Origin: the human T2T-CHM13v2.0 reference genome, Homo sapiens
Direction: 5' to 3' (one strand)
Assembly (NCBI RefSeq): GCF_009914755.1
Contig: NC_060930.1
DNA: 64,000 nt
Shown: in pieces, positions 26,712 to 40,674 of the stretch
Layout of the letters: each line of letters begins with the position of its first letter
Position numbering within the stretch: position 1 is the stretch's first letter
The notes under the pieces: model-generated
Seen by the model: only the letters and a program-made list of their open reading frames with translations
Database searches by the model: none
What the model was told of the DNA's origin: nothing
Made by a program: the position numbers and the translations under genes

Positions 26712-27145
26712 TACTATAGTTTGGATGTTTTTCCCCTCCAGATCTCATGTTGAAATTAGATCCCCAGTGTTGGAGGTGGGACCTAATGGTAGGTGTTTTG
26801 GTCATGGGGGTGGACCCCTCATGAACAGGTTAATGATTTCTCTGGCAGCAGGGGAATGATTGAGTGAGTTCTTACAATATTGGTTCCCACAAGAGATGGT
26901 TGTTAAAGAGAGCATGGCACCTCTCCCCATCTCTCTTTGCTTCTTCTCTTGCCATGTGATCTCTGCAAACATTGGCTGCCCTTTGCTTTCCACCACGAAT
27001 GGACGCAGCCTGAGGTCCTCACCAGATGCAGATGCCAGAGCCATGCTTCTTGTATAGCCTACAGAACTATGAGTCAAATAAACCTCTTTTCTTTATAAAT
27101 TACCCAGCCTCAAGTATTCCTTTATAGCAACACAAAACAGACATA
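26712..27145 (+). mobile_element. MSTB-like MaLR LTR
   Basis: 'tatagtttggatgtt...ctcatgttgaaatt...aaataaacctcttttctttataaattacccag'. Confidence 0.9.
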
Positions 27146-28298
27146 CATATACATACATACATATATACACACACATGTATATACAAATATAGGAATACAT
27201 CCATACAAATATATATGGTGAAAAGGAATATAGCAGGCAAAGGACAAAACCCAACTTAGGAAAAATGACTCAGAACATTCCCTACAATTACTTACCATGA
27301 TATTGCAGAGCTAGAGGAACAAATGTAGAAACAGATCAATGTATTAATGGAAAATTCATCTGTGATAAAAATCAGTGGGGTTTGGATTCAGTAAACGGTA
27401 CAGTGGCAAGTAGCTATCCATGGAGAAAAATAGAAAGTTATATCCTTGATTCATACAATATACAAAAGTTCATATGGCTTAAAGAGCTAAACATAAAAAA
27501 TGGTAAGAACTCAAAGAAAACAGTAGAAGCATATTGTTTCTGCCAAGACTGCATTAATAATCAGCAACTGACATTCAGGATAGGATTTTGCCACAAGGAA
27601 CAAGGATACCAAGGGACAGGAATCAGAGACAGATGATAGCATTTTACCTTAGAGAACTCCCAGCCAGACAGAAGGAGAACCAGGGTAAATTCACTCTTTC
27701 CAGTCCTGGGAGACTGTGGGAAGAAGAACTGGGCAACATAGTAGGAGAGTAAATCATTGGACACATGTCCTAAGAGAGGAAGACATGTCAGATCAATTGA
27801 GGAGAATAAGGGCAGAAGAGCTCTTGCTTTACTTCCTACATGGGTTGTGGAGGACATGGCTGTGCCCGGGTTGTGTGCCCGGGCTGCACACCTAACATGG
27901 TGGTGTGCAGCAACGTTAGGAGAGGGACAGATTGGGTAGAGGTCATTGTATTTCTGAATTCCTGTGCTTCTCCAAGTGGATACACCAAGTTAAGAGCCAT
28001 CGGAGCCTGTTATAAAGTGGGTGGGTTGGCCCTGCACCAAACACTTAAGTGTTGGTCACCTAGGCCGGAGGGCCATATATATTTGTATGGATGTATTCCT
28101 ATATTTGTATATATGTGTGTTTATGTGTATATAAATATATATGTATGTGTTTGTGTTGCAATAAGGAAATACTTGAGGTTGGGTAATTTATAAAGAAAAT
28201 TTATAAAGAGGAAATATGTGGCAGATGCTCAGTGGAGTCTGCAATCCAGCAAAGACCAGAGGAAGCCAAGGGAGTGGGGAGGCTGCTATGGTTCTTAC

Positions 28299-28529
28299 CA
28301 GGCTGAGAAGAAATAGACTTTGGTGTCACCAGCTGCAGAATGCCAGTGGTAGATGCTTACTGAATACATGTGGCTTGGATGGAGCCAACGGTCACCCAGT
28401 GAGCACCAGGACAGCTGTTTTACAGATGGTGCTAGTGAGGACCTGGAGCACTGTGCACATTCCTGAGCACTCCTTCACTCTGTCTCCTGAGCTCACATTA
28501 GCCCACCTCTTTCATCTACCAAATCTGAT
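28299..28529 (-). pseudogene. Candidate fossil exon (5' boundary uncertain)
   Basis: ...WCSLGDRWLHPSHMYSVSIYHWHSAAGDTKVYFFSA TG|gtaaga. Confidence 0.45.
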
Positions 28530-29045
28530 CTTGGGAGAAGCAGTGGTGAAAGTGGAGATAGTGGTGGTGGGGTGCATACAAGATTGACTAAACAATTATC
28601 CCCTAAAAATGAGCATTACCTAAAAGGCCTGTTTAAATTGTTAAATCAGGCTAAGGGGTAAATTGGCTTGACATTTAGTTAGTTTTCTCTTCAGCATGAA
28701 GATGATGGACAAGGGACAAAATGAAGAAACTACATTCTCTCTGGACATTAAAGTGTACAACACATTCATATCAGCAACAGGCTATGGGAAAAACTTTCCA
28801 AAAATATATAACACAGAACTAATGTCCTTAATAAGAAGACAGAAGTGTAGAAAAACAGACAAAGGATTCAAATAGGCAATTCAAATGAGACAATTAAAAT
28901 GGCCCATAACTATATGAAAAAATACTCAATGTCTTTTAAGGAACTGTAAAGTAAAACAAAAATAAGATTCTTTTTTTCTCGGTATATTGGCAAACAAGAA
29001 AAAAGCTGATTATCCCCTAGCTTGTTTTTTAATATAAACATTTGC

Positions 29046-29184
29046 CGAGTCTTGTGATACTCTGGTTGACCAGATTCCTCCTGATTGAAACTCCACATGA
29101 ATTCTCTTATTTAAGGGTATCAGCACAATCTAACAGGAAGTCCTTTGGAAGAGATCTCCAGAGGCACAGAATCTAGTGGCAGCT
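29046..29184 (-). pseudogene. Candidate fossil exon
   Basis: aaatctgtttcag| ...ILCLWRSLPKDFLLDCADTLK / REFMWSFNQEESGQPEYHKT; donor degenerate (gcaaat). Confidence 0.4.
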
Positions 29185-29890
29185 CTGAAACAGATTTCTT
29201 CAGCGACCTTGGGTGTAGACTTTCAGTGCCTTATTCATCTAAAACTTAAGGCGGACGAGACCTACTTTTTCCATGTCTCATTGAAATGTGATCAAGATTA
29301 ATGGCCTAACATAGAAAACGTTTCCAGCACCTTGAAAGACCAGGCACATTATTCAATGCCTGCCTCTATAAATCTGGCAAAAATCAGTCTAATTCACTTG
29401 TCAGGAAAAATGTTCACTTAAAACCATATAATTTTAGAACTTGATGTTTAGAAAATGATCGAATCCAGTGTTTTTCAAAATGTCCTTCAGACCGATAGTG
29501 TTATCTGAGACTTAGGGAATAGTTGACTCTTAGAGAGTATAGATTTAGAAGCTATATACCACATGAACTTGATGTACACAGCTACTGCACTTGTCTCACA
29601 GGTGTACATACCCTCCTCCACCCTAAGGCTACACTATAATTATTAGATTTGTGTAATCTGGCATTAAAATATGACAAAGATGCTTTCCTGCTCCAATTTT
29701 TAGCCTTTTACAGCGCATCACATGTTATTTTTCTAAAGTAAACTAAATGCAAATTTCTCCATGTTTTTGCTGCCTGCCTTACAGCATTTGAGGGAGGATC
29801 CTTCATACATTTGTAATAGACAAAAAGAAAAAAAAATCCAGATTGTGAGTCTTGTGGTTTTTTTCTGTTTAAAATTTAAACCATGTACAA

Positions 29891-30158
29891 TTTTTTTTTT
29901 TTCCTGAGACAGGGTCTTGCTCTGTCACTCAGCCGGAGTATAGTGATGTAATCACAGCTCACTGCAGCCTTAAACTCTGAGCTCAGGCAATCCTCAGCCC
30001 AGCCTTCTGAGCTGCTGGGACTACAGGTGCACACCACCATGCCCAGATGATTTTTAAAATTTTTTTTAACTTTTTGTAGAGACGGGGTCTTATGATGTTG
30101 CCCAGTCTGGCATCAAACCCCTGAGCTCAAGCAATCCTCCCACCTCAGCCTCCCAAAA
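29891..30158 (-). mobile_element. AluJ (5'-truncated)
   Basis: Poly-T followed by diverged reverse Alu. Confidence 0.9.
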
Positions 30159-30747
30159 TGCATGTACAACTTTTTGGTCCAAATTGCTTTGGATAAGTCA
30201 AATTAATATACACTTTGCTAACCAATATGAGTACATTCCTGTAAGCATAGTTATGTTGAAATACATGTGTTAAGATGAAAAAAAAAAAAGCCTCAGAGAT
30301 CAAGTATTCCATCCTGGAGGGCGGAGCTTCTGCCCTGCCCCTCCTAATAATATAATAATAAACATAAAAACATCTTCTATATAATGGGTGCTTACTATAT
30401 GGCAAGTGTTATACTTTCTTTAGCTTATTTCACCCTCATGATTCTAATTCCACTTTATAGATGAGACAGCTGAGGCTTGGAGAAGTTTAGTAATTTACCT
30501 AAGGTCTCACAGATGCTAGAGTCTACAAGCTGAATTACCATATAATAGTAATTCCTTGTTACTTCCTTCTGGAAACAGAACAGCTATACTTTTTTCCTAT
30601 TTTAAATATTGAGCTTTTGCTTCTGACACCTTTGCATGTTTCCCACATAGCCTTTAGGTAATTTATTAAAGTGTAGTTCCAACAGTGTTAATTCTCAGCT
30701 TGAAACTCTTGAATAGCTTTTCATCACCTAGAACAACAATAAGAATG

Positions 30748-30920
30748 GTGGTTCTCAAAGTGTGGTCCCTGGACCAGCAGTAGCAGCATCACCTGGCAAT
30801 TGATAGAAATGCAAATTCTCAGGCCACACCTCGGCCTCACTGAATCTGAAACAGGGTGGGGCTCAGCAGTCTAGGTGTGTATAATTTCTTGGGGGTGATT
30901 CTGATGCAGCACTCTCAAGC
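30748..30920 (+). mobile_element. MER5A hAT fossil
   Basis: 'gtggttctcaaagtgtggtccctggaccagcag...agaaatgcaaattctcaggcc'. Confidence 0.85.
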
Positions 30921-31288
30921 TGGATCTTTAGATGACAGTGAGATCCCATGGTCTGCTCCTGCTGACCCTTGTAGCCTGTTCTTGCTGCTCACTGCTTCAC
31001 TCCCAAACCTCATGTGTATCCCCTACACATACTACAGCTGCTTCCTGTCCAAAGCCAGTGTTACCCGGTGGTTAAGCACAAGGATTCTGCAGCTGGTCTG
31101 CCTGGCCTTGAATGCCACCTATAGCATTTACTAGCAGTGGTGACCTGAGTCAAATTACCTAACTTCTCTGAGCCTTGGTTTTTCCATATACAGAATGAGG
31201 ATGAGGATAATAACAGTATCTACTTCATTTGTTGTTACAAGAATTAAATGAATCACTACATGCGGAGTACTTAGAATAGCATCTGGCA

Positions 31289-32240
<952 letters not shown>

Positions 32241-32444
32241 CTTGTAATAACCTGTATTCCCATAGTCCCCTTTTCTCTATGTTTCCTCCTCTTCCTCCTC
32301 TTTAGAACTCACTGCAGGGTTTGCCTCCTCCAGGAAGCCTTCCCTGACTTCCCCAGAGACAGATTTAGTCTAGCTCCTCTGTGGAGCCACATACACACAC
32401 ACACACACGTATATATATACACACACACAAACACACACACATAT

Positions 32445-33820
32445 ATTTTTAAGAGCACATTTAGGTTTACAGAAAAACTGCATAGAAAGTACCGAGAGTT
32501 CCATATACTTCCTCTCCTCACCACCTCCCTCTGCTTAATTTCTCCTATTAACATCTTGCAGTAGTGTGGTGTATTAATTACAACTAGTTTATCAAAGAAT
32601 TACAACCAGTTAACCACTATTGGTTCATACTATGAGCCAAAAGTCCATGGTTTACATTAGGGTTCATTCTTTCTATTGTATAGTTCTATGGGTTTTGACA
32701 AATTCACGATGTCCTATATCCACCATTATCATACAGTTTCACTGTCCTAAAAATGTCCTGCATTCTGCATATTCATCCATCTCCCCACCCTCCTGAACTC
32801 TTGGCAGGCACTGATGTTTTTACTGTCTCCACAGTTTTATCTTTTCCAGAATGTTATATAGTTCAAATTATACAGTATGGAGCCTTTCAGATTGGCTTCT
32901 TTCACTTAGCAATATGCATTTAACTTTCCTTCTTGTCTTTTCATGGCTTGATAGCTTGTTTCTTTTTAGGGCTGAATAATATTCTATTGTCTGGATGTAC
33001 CACAGTTTATCCATTCACTGAAGAATATCTTGGTTGCCTTCAAGTTTTATAAATGAAGCCGCTATAAACACCCATGTGCAAATTTTTGTGTGGACATAGT
33101 TTTAAAATCCTTTAGGTAAATACCAAGGAGTGAGATTGCTGAATCATAAGGTCAGATGATGTTTAGCTTTGTAAGAAACTGCAAAAATACCTTCCAAAGT
33201 GCATGTATCATTTTGCATTCCACCAGCAATGAATGAAAGTACCTGTTTCTCCACATCCTTGCCAGCATTTGGTGTTGTCAGCCTTTTGGACTTTAGCCAT
33301 TCTAATAGGCATGCTGTGGTATCTCATTTTATTCTAATTTGCAATTCCCTAATGACATATGATGTGGAGCAATTTTCGTGTGCTTATTTGCCATCTGTAT
33401 ATCTTTTTCGGTGGTATCTGTTCAGATCTTTGGCCCACTTTTTAATTGGGTTGTTTTCTTATTGTTGAGTTTTAATTGTTCTTTGTATATTTTGAAAACA
33501 AGTCCTTCATCAGAGATATGTTTTTGCAAATATTTTCTCCCAGTCTGTGGCTTGTCTTTTCGTTCTCTTAACAGTGACTTCTGCAGAGCAGTTTTTAATT
33601 TTAATGAAGTCTAGCTTATCAATTTTTTCTTCTATAGATCATGCTTTTAGTGCTATATCTAAAAAGTCATTGCTAAACCAAAGGTCTCCTAGATTTATTT
33701 AGGTAAATATGTAAATATTTATTTAGATAAGAATAAATTTATCTAGATTTATTGCCTATGTGATCTTTAAGAAGTTTTACAGTTTTACGTTTTACATTTA
33801 AGTTTATGGTCCATTTTGAA
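32445..33820 (-). mobile_element. L1MA/MB 3' portion
   Basis: 'ttaggtttacagaaaaactg...gagttccatatac' 3'UTR followed by reverse ORF2. Confidence 0.85.
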
Positions 33821-34056
33821 TTGTCGCACTATCTTTTTATTATATTTATCATATCTTACTTGTACTAGTAATTGTGGCACTATCTTTATTATATTTATTG
33901 TATCTTACTTGTACTAGTAATCCATAATCTCAAGGAAAACTCACAGACAGATACAGTAAAGCTTTACTTTACTGTACCTGTCTTTACTTGTACCTGTCTT
34001 TACTGTACCTGTCTATGAGCTTTCCTGGAGATCATGGGTTATATCTACTAGTAATC
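33821..34056. repeat. Complex local tandem plus inverted duplication
   Basis: ~50-bp tandem duplication; imperfect inverted repeat 33921-33960 vs 33999-34038; internal 15-16-mer repeats. Confidence 0.85.
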
Positions 34057-34151
34057 TCATTACTAAGTAGGCCTCAAAAAATTAGTGAGTAATATCATCC
34101 CACTCTGCAACTCAACCATTCATAAAAGCATCACGGAGGCTGGAGGCTTAC

Positions 34152-34342
34152 CAGCCTAAAGAAAAGATGCAGAACTTTTTGGTTTAAACCTTTGCTTCCA
34201 TGCTTTTATAAACATGGAACAGCTATTTCCTCTAAGTTGCTGCATGAAGGTCTCTGAGTGTCAACAATGCTGTCCCCTTAAAAGACTAAGAATAGATGAG
34301 GCTTTTATTTTCATTGGAACTGGATTTACTTCCAGTGCCATC
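34152..34342 (-). pseudogene. Candidate fossil exon
   Basis: ccctgaccccttgccag| ... CTG|gtaagc; frame uncertain, stops in all frames. Confidence 0.35.
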
Positions 34343-35324
34343 CTGGCAAGGGGTCAGGGTGGTGGGGAGAGTCAAAAGTTTGAGGATTATATGGCCACTC
34401 TCCCATCAATTCAATTCAATATGACTCACAGTTTCCTGGGTAAAATATTCTTTTTTTCTATTTATATGCTTATTGATTTAGAAATAAAAGCAAGCTCTGT
34501 AAGGAAAGAATATAGAATACTTTTTCTATTTCCAAAGCAAAGAAATATGTCTTAACTCTTCTTTTTCCGTGGAGAGATACACACAAAAATAAAATGTTCA
34601 GATCTATTTTTTGTACAGTGATCCAATGGTATAGTTTTTCTGTGATCATCGCAATTTCACATAAATGTAATTTAACTTACATCTTTCAAAATTTTGTTTA
34701 TATAAATAAATTCACAAATTAGGAAAATTCTTTGTTGGTCTGTATTGGAAGGTGTCCCTGGGACATTCTCCTTTTGGGGCTGGAGGCCACTAAGCAAATG
34801 TCAGTTTGGTTACAGACTCTTCTCTAAAGTGGTAGTGCCTAGGCCTTCAATGTAAGTTGGACACTACAACTTAATTGTAACAGCAGGTTTTGTTTAACAC
34901 CAATGTGATCTTTGCAATGAAAGCATGTGGTTGTTGATTGGGTACATATTTTTAAAGGATTGGTGGGATGTTTGTCGTTGGTGGACAATTTAACCATGTA
35001 GTAAAAGTTGAAACTACTCCAGCAGGCCCTAAATAGGGAAGGCCTAATGGCCAGCATTTCATGGGCAGTGTCTTGAGACTACAGGCATTTGAAGCAGGTT
35101 AGCTCTGCCCTCAACTTTCTAATATAGCTAAGGATGAAAACCCTGAGGACCTCGGGTTGCTCAGAACTCAGATACCAGTTCTCTCCTTGATAACTACTAA
35201 GACTCGCAGTTTCTTAATCTACCATCTGTCTTAATAGTATTGAAACTTCGAGCCTTTTTCAGCTTCCTTGGTGGAGTGATGAATTCCAGCTCTAGTAGTA
35301 ATGGCCATTAAAAGGGTTTGCAGG

Positions 35325-35982
<658 letters not shown>

Positions 35983-36470
35983 CACTCCCACTGTTTTTTG
36001 AAGCACATAAAGAAGCTAAGCAAAAATTGTGAATTGTGAATTAGCTTTCCTATAACTCCTAATAAGTCTTTATAGATCAAGCCAAGAGAGCTTGGTAGGT
36101 AAGTCAGGCAGCTGCATCCATTTCTCGATTGACTTACATAACCCTTTAGGTGGGTTCTTCTTCAACAGAAGGGCAGTTAGAAGGGTGAGACTCCAAGCAC
36201 ACACTAACGATTTCTAGCTGCTGAGATTGGCATGCAATCTTATTACTCTTTGGACAAAGGAATAAGGGGAATTATGAGCACAGAAGTCAACAGATACTCA
36301 AGGAAACAGTTTAAAATTTATCTGTTGTGTGCCACAGAAAAACATAAGTATTATTTCTAGTAATTGAAAATCTTAGGTTGAAGGATATAAGACAAAATAT
36401 CAGTAGATATAGAGTTATCCATACACAATAGATATTGAATTCTCATTTTTATAGATTTTTTCATTTATAA

Positions 36471-36475
<5 letters not shown>

Positions 36476-36530
<55 letters not shown>
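36476..36530. repeat. (CA)n microsatellite
   Basis: About 25 CA units. Confidence 0.98.
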
Positions 36531-36697
36531 CTTCCTTTGCAGAGTTAATGGTTCATGCAGGAAAGCCACTTCTGGCCTGAAGTGAGGGACAGCTTCAGAT
36601 CTTTAAGGTGACATAGGTAGGATGTTCCCATGAACTTTCCATTCTCCAGGCTTTTTTTGTAAAAGTTTGGGTACCTTGATTTGACCTCTCTGCTTAC

Positions 36698-36779
36698 CAC
36701 ATATCTTTCTAGCCAGTCAGTGTTCAGTAACTTTGGGACATATTTGATGTCGGGTCTTGAGATCCCTTGAAGTCTAACC
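36698..36779 (-). pseudogene. Candidate fossil exon (phase 2 to 0)
   Basis: ctgcag|G VRLQGISRPDIKYVPKLLNTDWLERYV|gtaagc, 82 nt, no stop. Confidence 0.6.
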
Positions 36780-36938
36780 CTGCAGTCCAGGTTATTGTAC
36801 ATGAAATTACACAGTCAATCATTAAACATTGAGAGTATAGGGTTAACACTTCCATTATGGCCCTCCCCAGACCACTGGACCAGATCCAGAATGCTTAGAT
36901 GCCAAGCTCAACCCTGGACTTATTGAAGAATGACTTAC

Positions 36939-37069
36939 TGAAGGAGGAGCAGAGTCTGAGGTGAGGCGGAGTGAACATAAATGGTGTTCCCAATTGTCTG
37001 GCCTTTTTGGGTTTCACAGATGCATATTGGTGCAAATTGTATGTATTTCTTTTCTTCTGTGGGTGGACG
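36939..37069 (-). pseudogene. Candidate fossil exon (phase 0 to 2)
   Basis: cactctttttcacag|RPPTEEKKYIQFAPICICETQKGQTIGNTIYVHSASPQTLLLL CA|gtaagt, 131 nt, no stop. Confidence 0.65.
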
Positions 37070-37236
37070 CTGTGAAAAAGAGTGGGTGGTACAAAGGGAA
37101 GTGAATATGGAGAATATAACCATTTTATGTTTCTGTTTAATCGCAGTTTTGAGAAGGATGCAGAAAGTCACCTGAAAGGGAGTTTTAGGTTAATTATGGA
37201 TTTCAATTTTTTATGTCTAGTCATGTTCCCTGTTAC

Positions 37237-37319
37237 CAGGAATAATCAAGAATCAGCTTGCCTCCAGGGGAATAGGCCTTGTGTCTTGGCGTCTGCTTCA
37301 GAGTGAGTGGTCACTCTGT
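37237..37319 (-). pseudogene. Candidate fossil exon (phase 1 to 0)
   Basis: ccacatag|AC RVTTHSEADAKTQGLFPWRQADS*LFL|gtaaca, 83 nt. Confidence 0.5.
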
Positions 37320-37439
37320 CTATGTGGCCAAGTGGATGCCATTTAAAGGGGTACTGGCCTCACCATAATGAGTTCAGAAGTAAAGAAATGTGGGATTGTA
37401 GAGTTACTTAACATATACTGCAATTTTCATTGCAAATAA

Positions 37440-37890
37440 CTTTTTTATTATTGAGGTGAAATTTATAAAACAAAATGAGCCATTTTAAGGTGAACAATTC
37501 ACTGGCATTAGTGCATTCACAATGTTGTGCAACCACTGCCTTTATCTAGTTCCAAAACATTTTTTTACTCCAAAATAAGATTTTGTACCTGTTAATGCTG
37601 TTGTTTTACTCCCTATTCCCTCCTTCCTCCAGCCCCTAGAAACCATCAATCTGCTTTCTGTTCACCTATTTTGGATATTTCTTATAAATGGAATCATAAA
37701 CATGTGGCATTAGGCTTTTAAGGTTCACCCATGCTGCAGTATGTATCAGTATTTCACTCCTTTTTATGGCTGAATAATATTCCATTATATGGATATACCA
37801 CATTTTCTTTGTTCATTCATCCATCAGTGGTCATTTGGGTTGTTTCAACTTTTAGCTATTGTGAATAATGCTGCCATGAGCATTCATGTT
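37440..37890 (-). mobile_element. L1MB 3' end
   Basis: 'attgaggtgaaattta...gtgaacaattc...cacaatgttgtgcaacca'. Confidence 0.85.
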
Positions 37891-38358
37891 GGATAGCAAA
37901 TAACTGTTGCTCTTCTCTTTTTTGAGCCCCTTCAAAAGATGCGGGTTGGAGGAGTTTTACCTGACTTCATTTTCAGTTCTTCTGGTGAACCTCTTCAATT
38001 TTATTCTTATCCCAAATTCCAGCTTGGTTCCTCACTGAGTGATAACTAAGTACCTGGTTACATGACCTGTTTTGTATGTCATAGTATGTTGTATGTATGT
38101 ATATAATAGTATGTCCTGACCAATAAGTTTGGTATTGACCCTGGACATAGCCAAGAAGTGTTGGAAAGATGATTCCTGCACTGTGGCCAGTTATATGAAT
38201 CCTAACTCAGGGAATTTCCATGATCATAAATGATTTGTTCAAAGCCTGGAAGATGTCAGCTCTCTGTGGTGGTATGCCAGATTCCCTGGCCCTCAATCCT
38301 CCTCTTCCCTTCAGCCTACCATGGATCTCTGCCTCATGTCCCACTTTATGTAAAACTA

Positions 38359-38438
38359 TTAGATTGGTGCAAAAGTAATTGCAGTTTTTGCCTTTAAAAG
38401 CAAGGGCAAAAACCACAATTACTTTTGCACCACCTTAA
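38359..38438. mobile_element. MADE1 (Hsmar1 MITE)
   Basis: 80-bp palindrome ttag(a)ttggtgcaaaagtaattgc...caattacttttgcaccacc(t)taa with TA flanks. Confidence 0.95.
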
Positions 38439-38975
38439 TAAAAGTTCATCTGTCTCTACTTCAGCCCTACAGGGCACTAAGTTCTGCTCCCCAGCATGAG
38501 TTCATCAGGTGTGTCCTGTCCTTGAGACCTAATGAGATCATAACCTAAGACTCTCCATCATCACACTTCTTCTTGGCACAATACTAACTTCTCTGATCTA
38601 TACTAATCTTCCACTATTTCCATAAACATTACCCCCATTTGTGCAAAATGGGGATCTCAAATCTTACTATTTAGTGTTGTTATTGAATAAAATAAGAGAA
38701 GCAAAATAGCTAGCACAGTTTGTGGCACATGAAAGGTCCACACTAAATGTAATCTCCCTGCCTCTTACCTCTCACTGAAGCTCTCTGAATTCAGCCCTGT
38801 GTCTGGTCCTTTCTGACCAATTATTCTCTGCCTGTGTTCTTGATTTCAGCCCCATTCCCTTGCCCACAACTGGGATGACTCCAAGAATGCATTCTGACCT
38901 CTCCAGTTAGGGTGAGGTGCTCAGTGAGTACAACTGTGGAAGGAACAAAGGGCTTCTCAGGTATAACCAGCTTAC

Positions 38976-39140
38976 TTGAGAGGTTAAAAGTGTAATAAAG
39001 TAAGCCAACTCTCGTGTTGAATGCCTTCTCATGATCATTTAGAAGTGAATTGATCTCCTGTGAGGACAGATTCACACACCATGGTAAATGAGCAAATGCT
39101 CCATAATATCTGGGACAAATCTTCCTTCCACAAAGGCAAT
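38976..39140 (-). pseudogene. Candidate fossil exon (symmetric phase 1-1, Cys-containing)
   Basis: ctcttctgagctctcctcag|AT CLCGRKICPRYYGAFAHLPWCVNLSSQEINSLLNDHEKAFNTRVGLLYYTFNLS A|gtaagc, 165 nt, no stop. Confidence 0.65.
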
Positions 39141-40674
39141 CTGAGGAGAGCTCAGAAGAGATGATATTTCACTTAGCATCGTTTATCAAGTGTAGAAAAT
39201 GATTTCAATAGTTGTGTTAAGGGTGGAAATGGGCCTTATAATCAATATAAGATGAGCTGCTTTCTGCCACTCTTTTGAATAACTGTAATCAAAACTGACA
39301 AAAAACAGGTTAGGCTTTTAATATCTCTCAATTATATGAGGAGGAACTGGGATGACTTGAACACTGCAATTAAGTCTCTGAGGCCAAAGGTCTGTGGTGA
39401 AAACAGGCATAATTTTACAGTCCTTTCTATTGGACAATGAACTCAGCATTTCATCCTCACAGTACCTAAGAGTGTCATAGCCTACATTTGCACCTGAACT
39501 AGTAATGGAATATGTGAAAATTTGCCTGGCACATAGCTATTGCTTAATCAACAGTAGCGAGCAGTATGTGTGTGTGTGTGTTTGGTGGGGGGAGTGAAGA
39601 TTTCTCTCTCAAACATATGAGCAGAAACTCAATAAAGAATTAATTTTCATGGGAAATAGAAAAGGTTCCACCCAGCATACTTTGAAGAGCTATTATTATT
39701 CATTCATCTTTAGTGCACAAGAGAAAAAGAGCAAAGTGGGGCAGGTAAGGGGAGATAAGAGATCTGTTTAGGTTTACTGCCTTAAGTAAAACGTAAGTCT
39801 ATTGCACAGTATTTCTATCAGGTTAGCCTTAACAGGCCTTTCATACATTGCCTTCACATAGCACTAAAGCTGGTTAGGAACAAAACTGTTCTCCAGGATT
39901 TCATGCACCTGAATCATTGCCTTTCCTACCACCCTCGTACTTAGTCTCTTTCAGAAATCTTACTCTTTGTCTCATCATTTTTCCCCACTTTGAGTTAGAT
40001 GTGGATTCACATCCTGACTCTACCTATCCATGTGACCTGAGTGAACCCCAGTGTCATCAGCTGGAACATGGGAACAATACAATACCTACCTTCTAAAGTT
40101 AATGTGAGGATGAAATGAGATAATGCATGAACAAGAAGTGCATTACAAGGGGCTCCTTAAATGGTTCTTTCATTTCCTCTCTGGCTCTACCTACTTCTCT
40201 TCCTTTCTAGCATCGGTTAGGTCATCCTTCTGTAGAGACCGTGGGCAAAGAGACAAAGGCATCGGGCCTCCTGGATGCCTCCTCCATCCCAGCCTGGCTC
40301 CCTATTTGTCTAAGAGAAGGAAACCAAGCCAAGGCACAAAGGCACAGAAGCAAGCATTGGCTGGGCACCTGAAGTTGGTCATATAGAGGAGAAAAGATTT
40401 TCAGCTTCCCCTTAAGGCCTACCCTAATGTAGCGTTAACCTAAGCCTTTAAATGTACCTCCCATCATCCCCACCATGTACCTTGACAATTTTCTGACCCA
40501 GGAACAGATATCTACCCCATTCCACTCTACCTCTCTCTCTGGCCCCACACTGTGCTTTTGCTATTGTGATTTCCTCTGCATAGAGCTCTGTTTACTCACT
40601 TCTCCTTTGAAAGTGCACAACTTGGTGAAACACACCTTTCCTGAGAAGCCTGTCTGCCCATTTATCAACCCTTC

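Noticed and set aside
28216-28587. 123-aa plus-strand ORF
   Set aside because: No recognisable domain or plus-strand splice context; the splice signals favour the minus strand.
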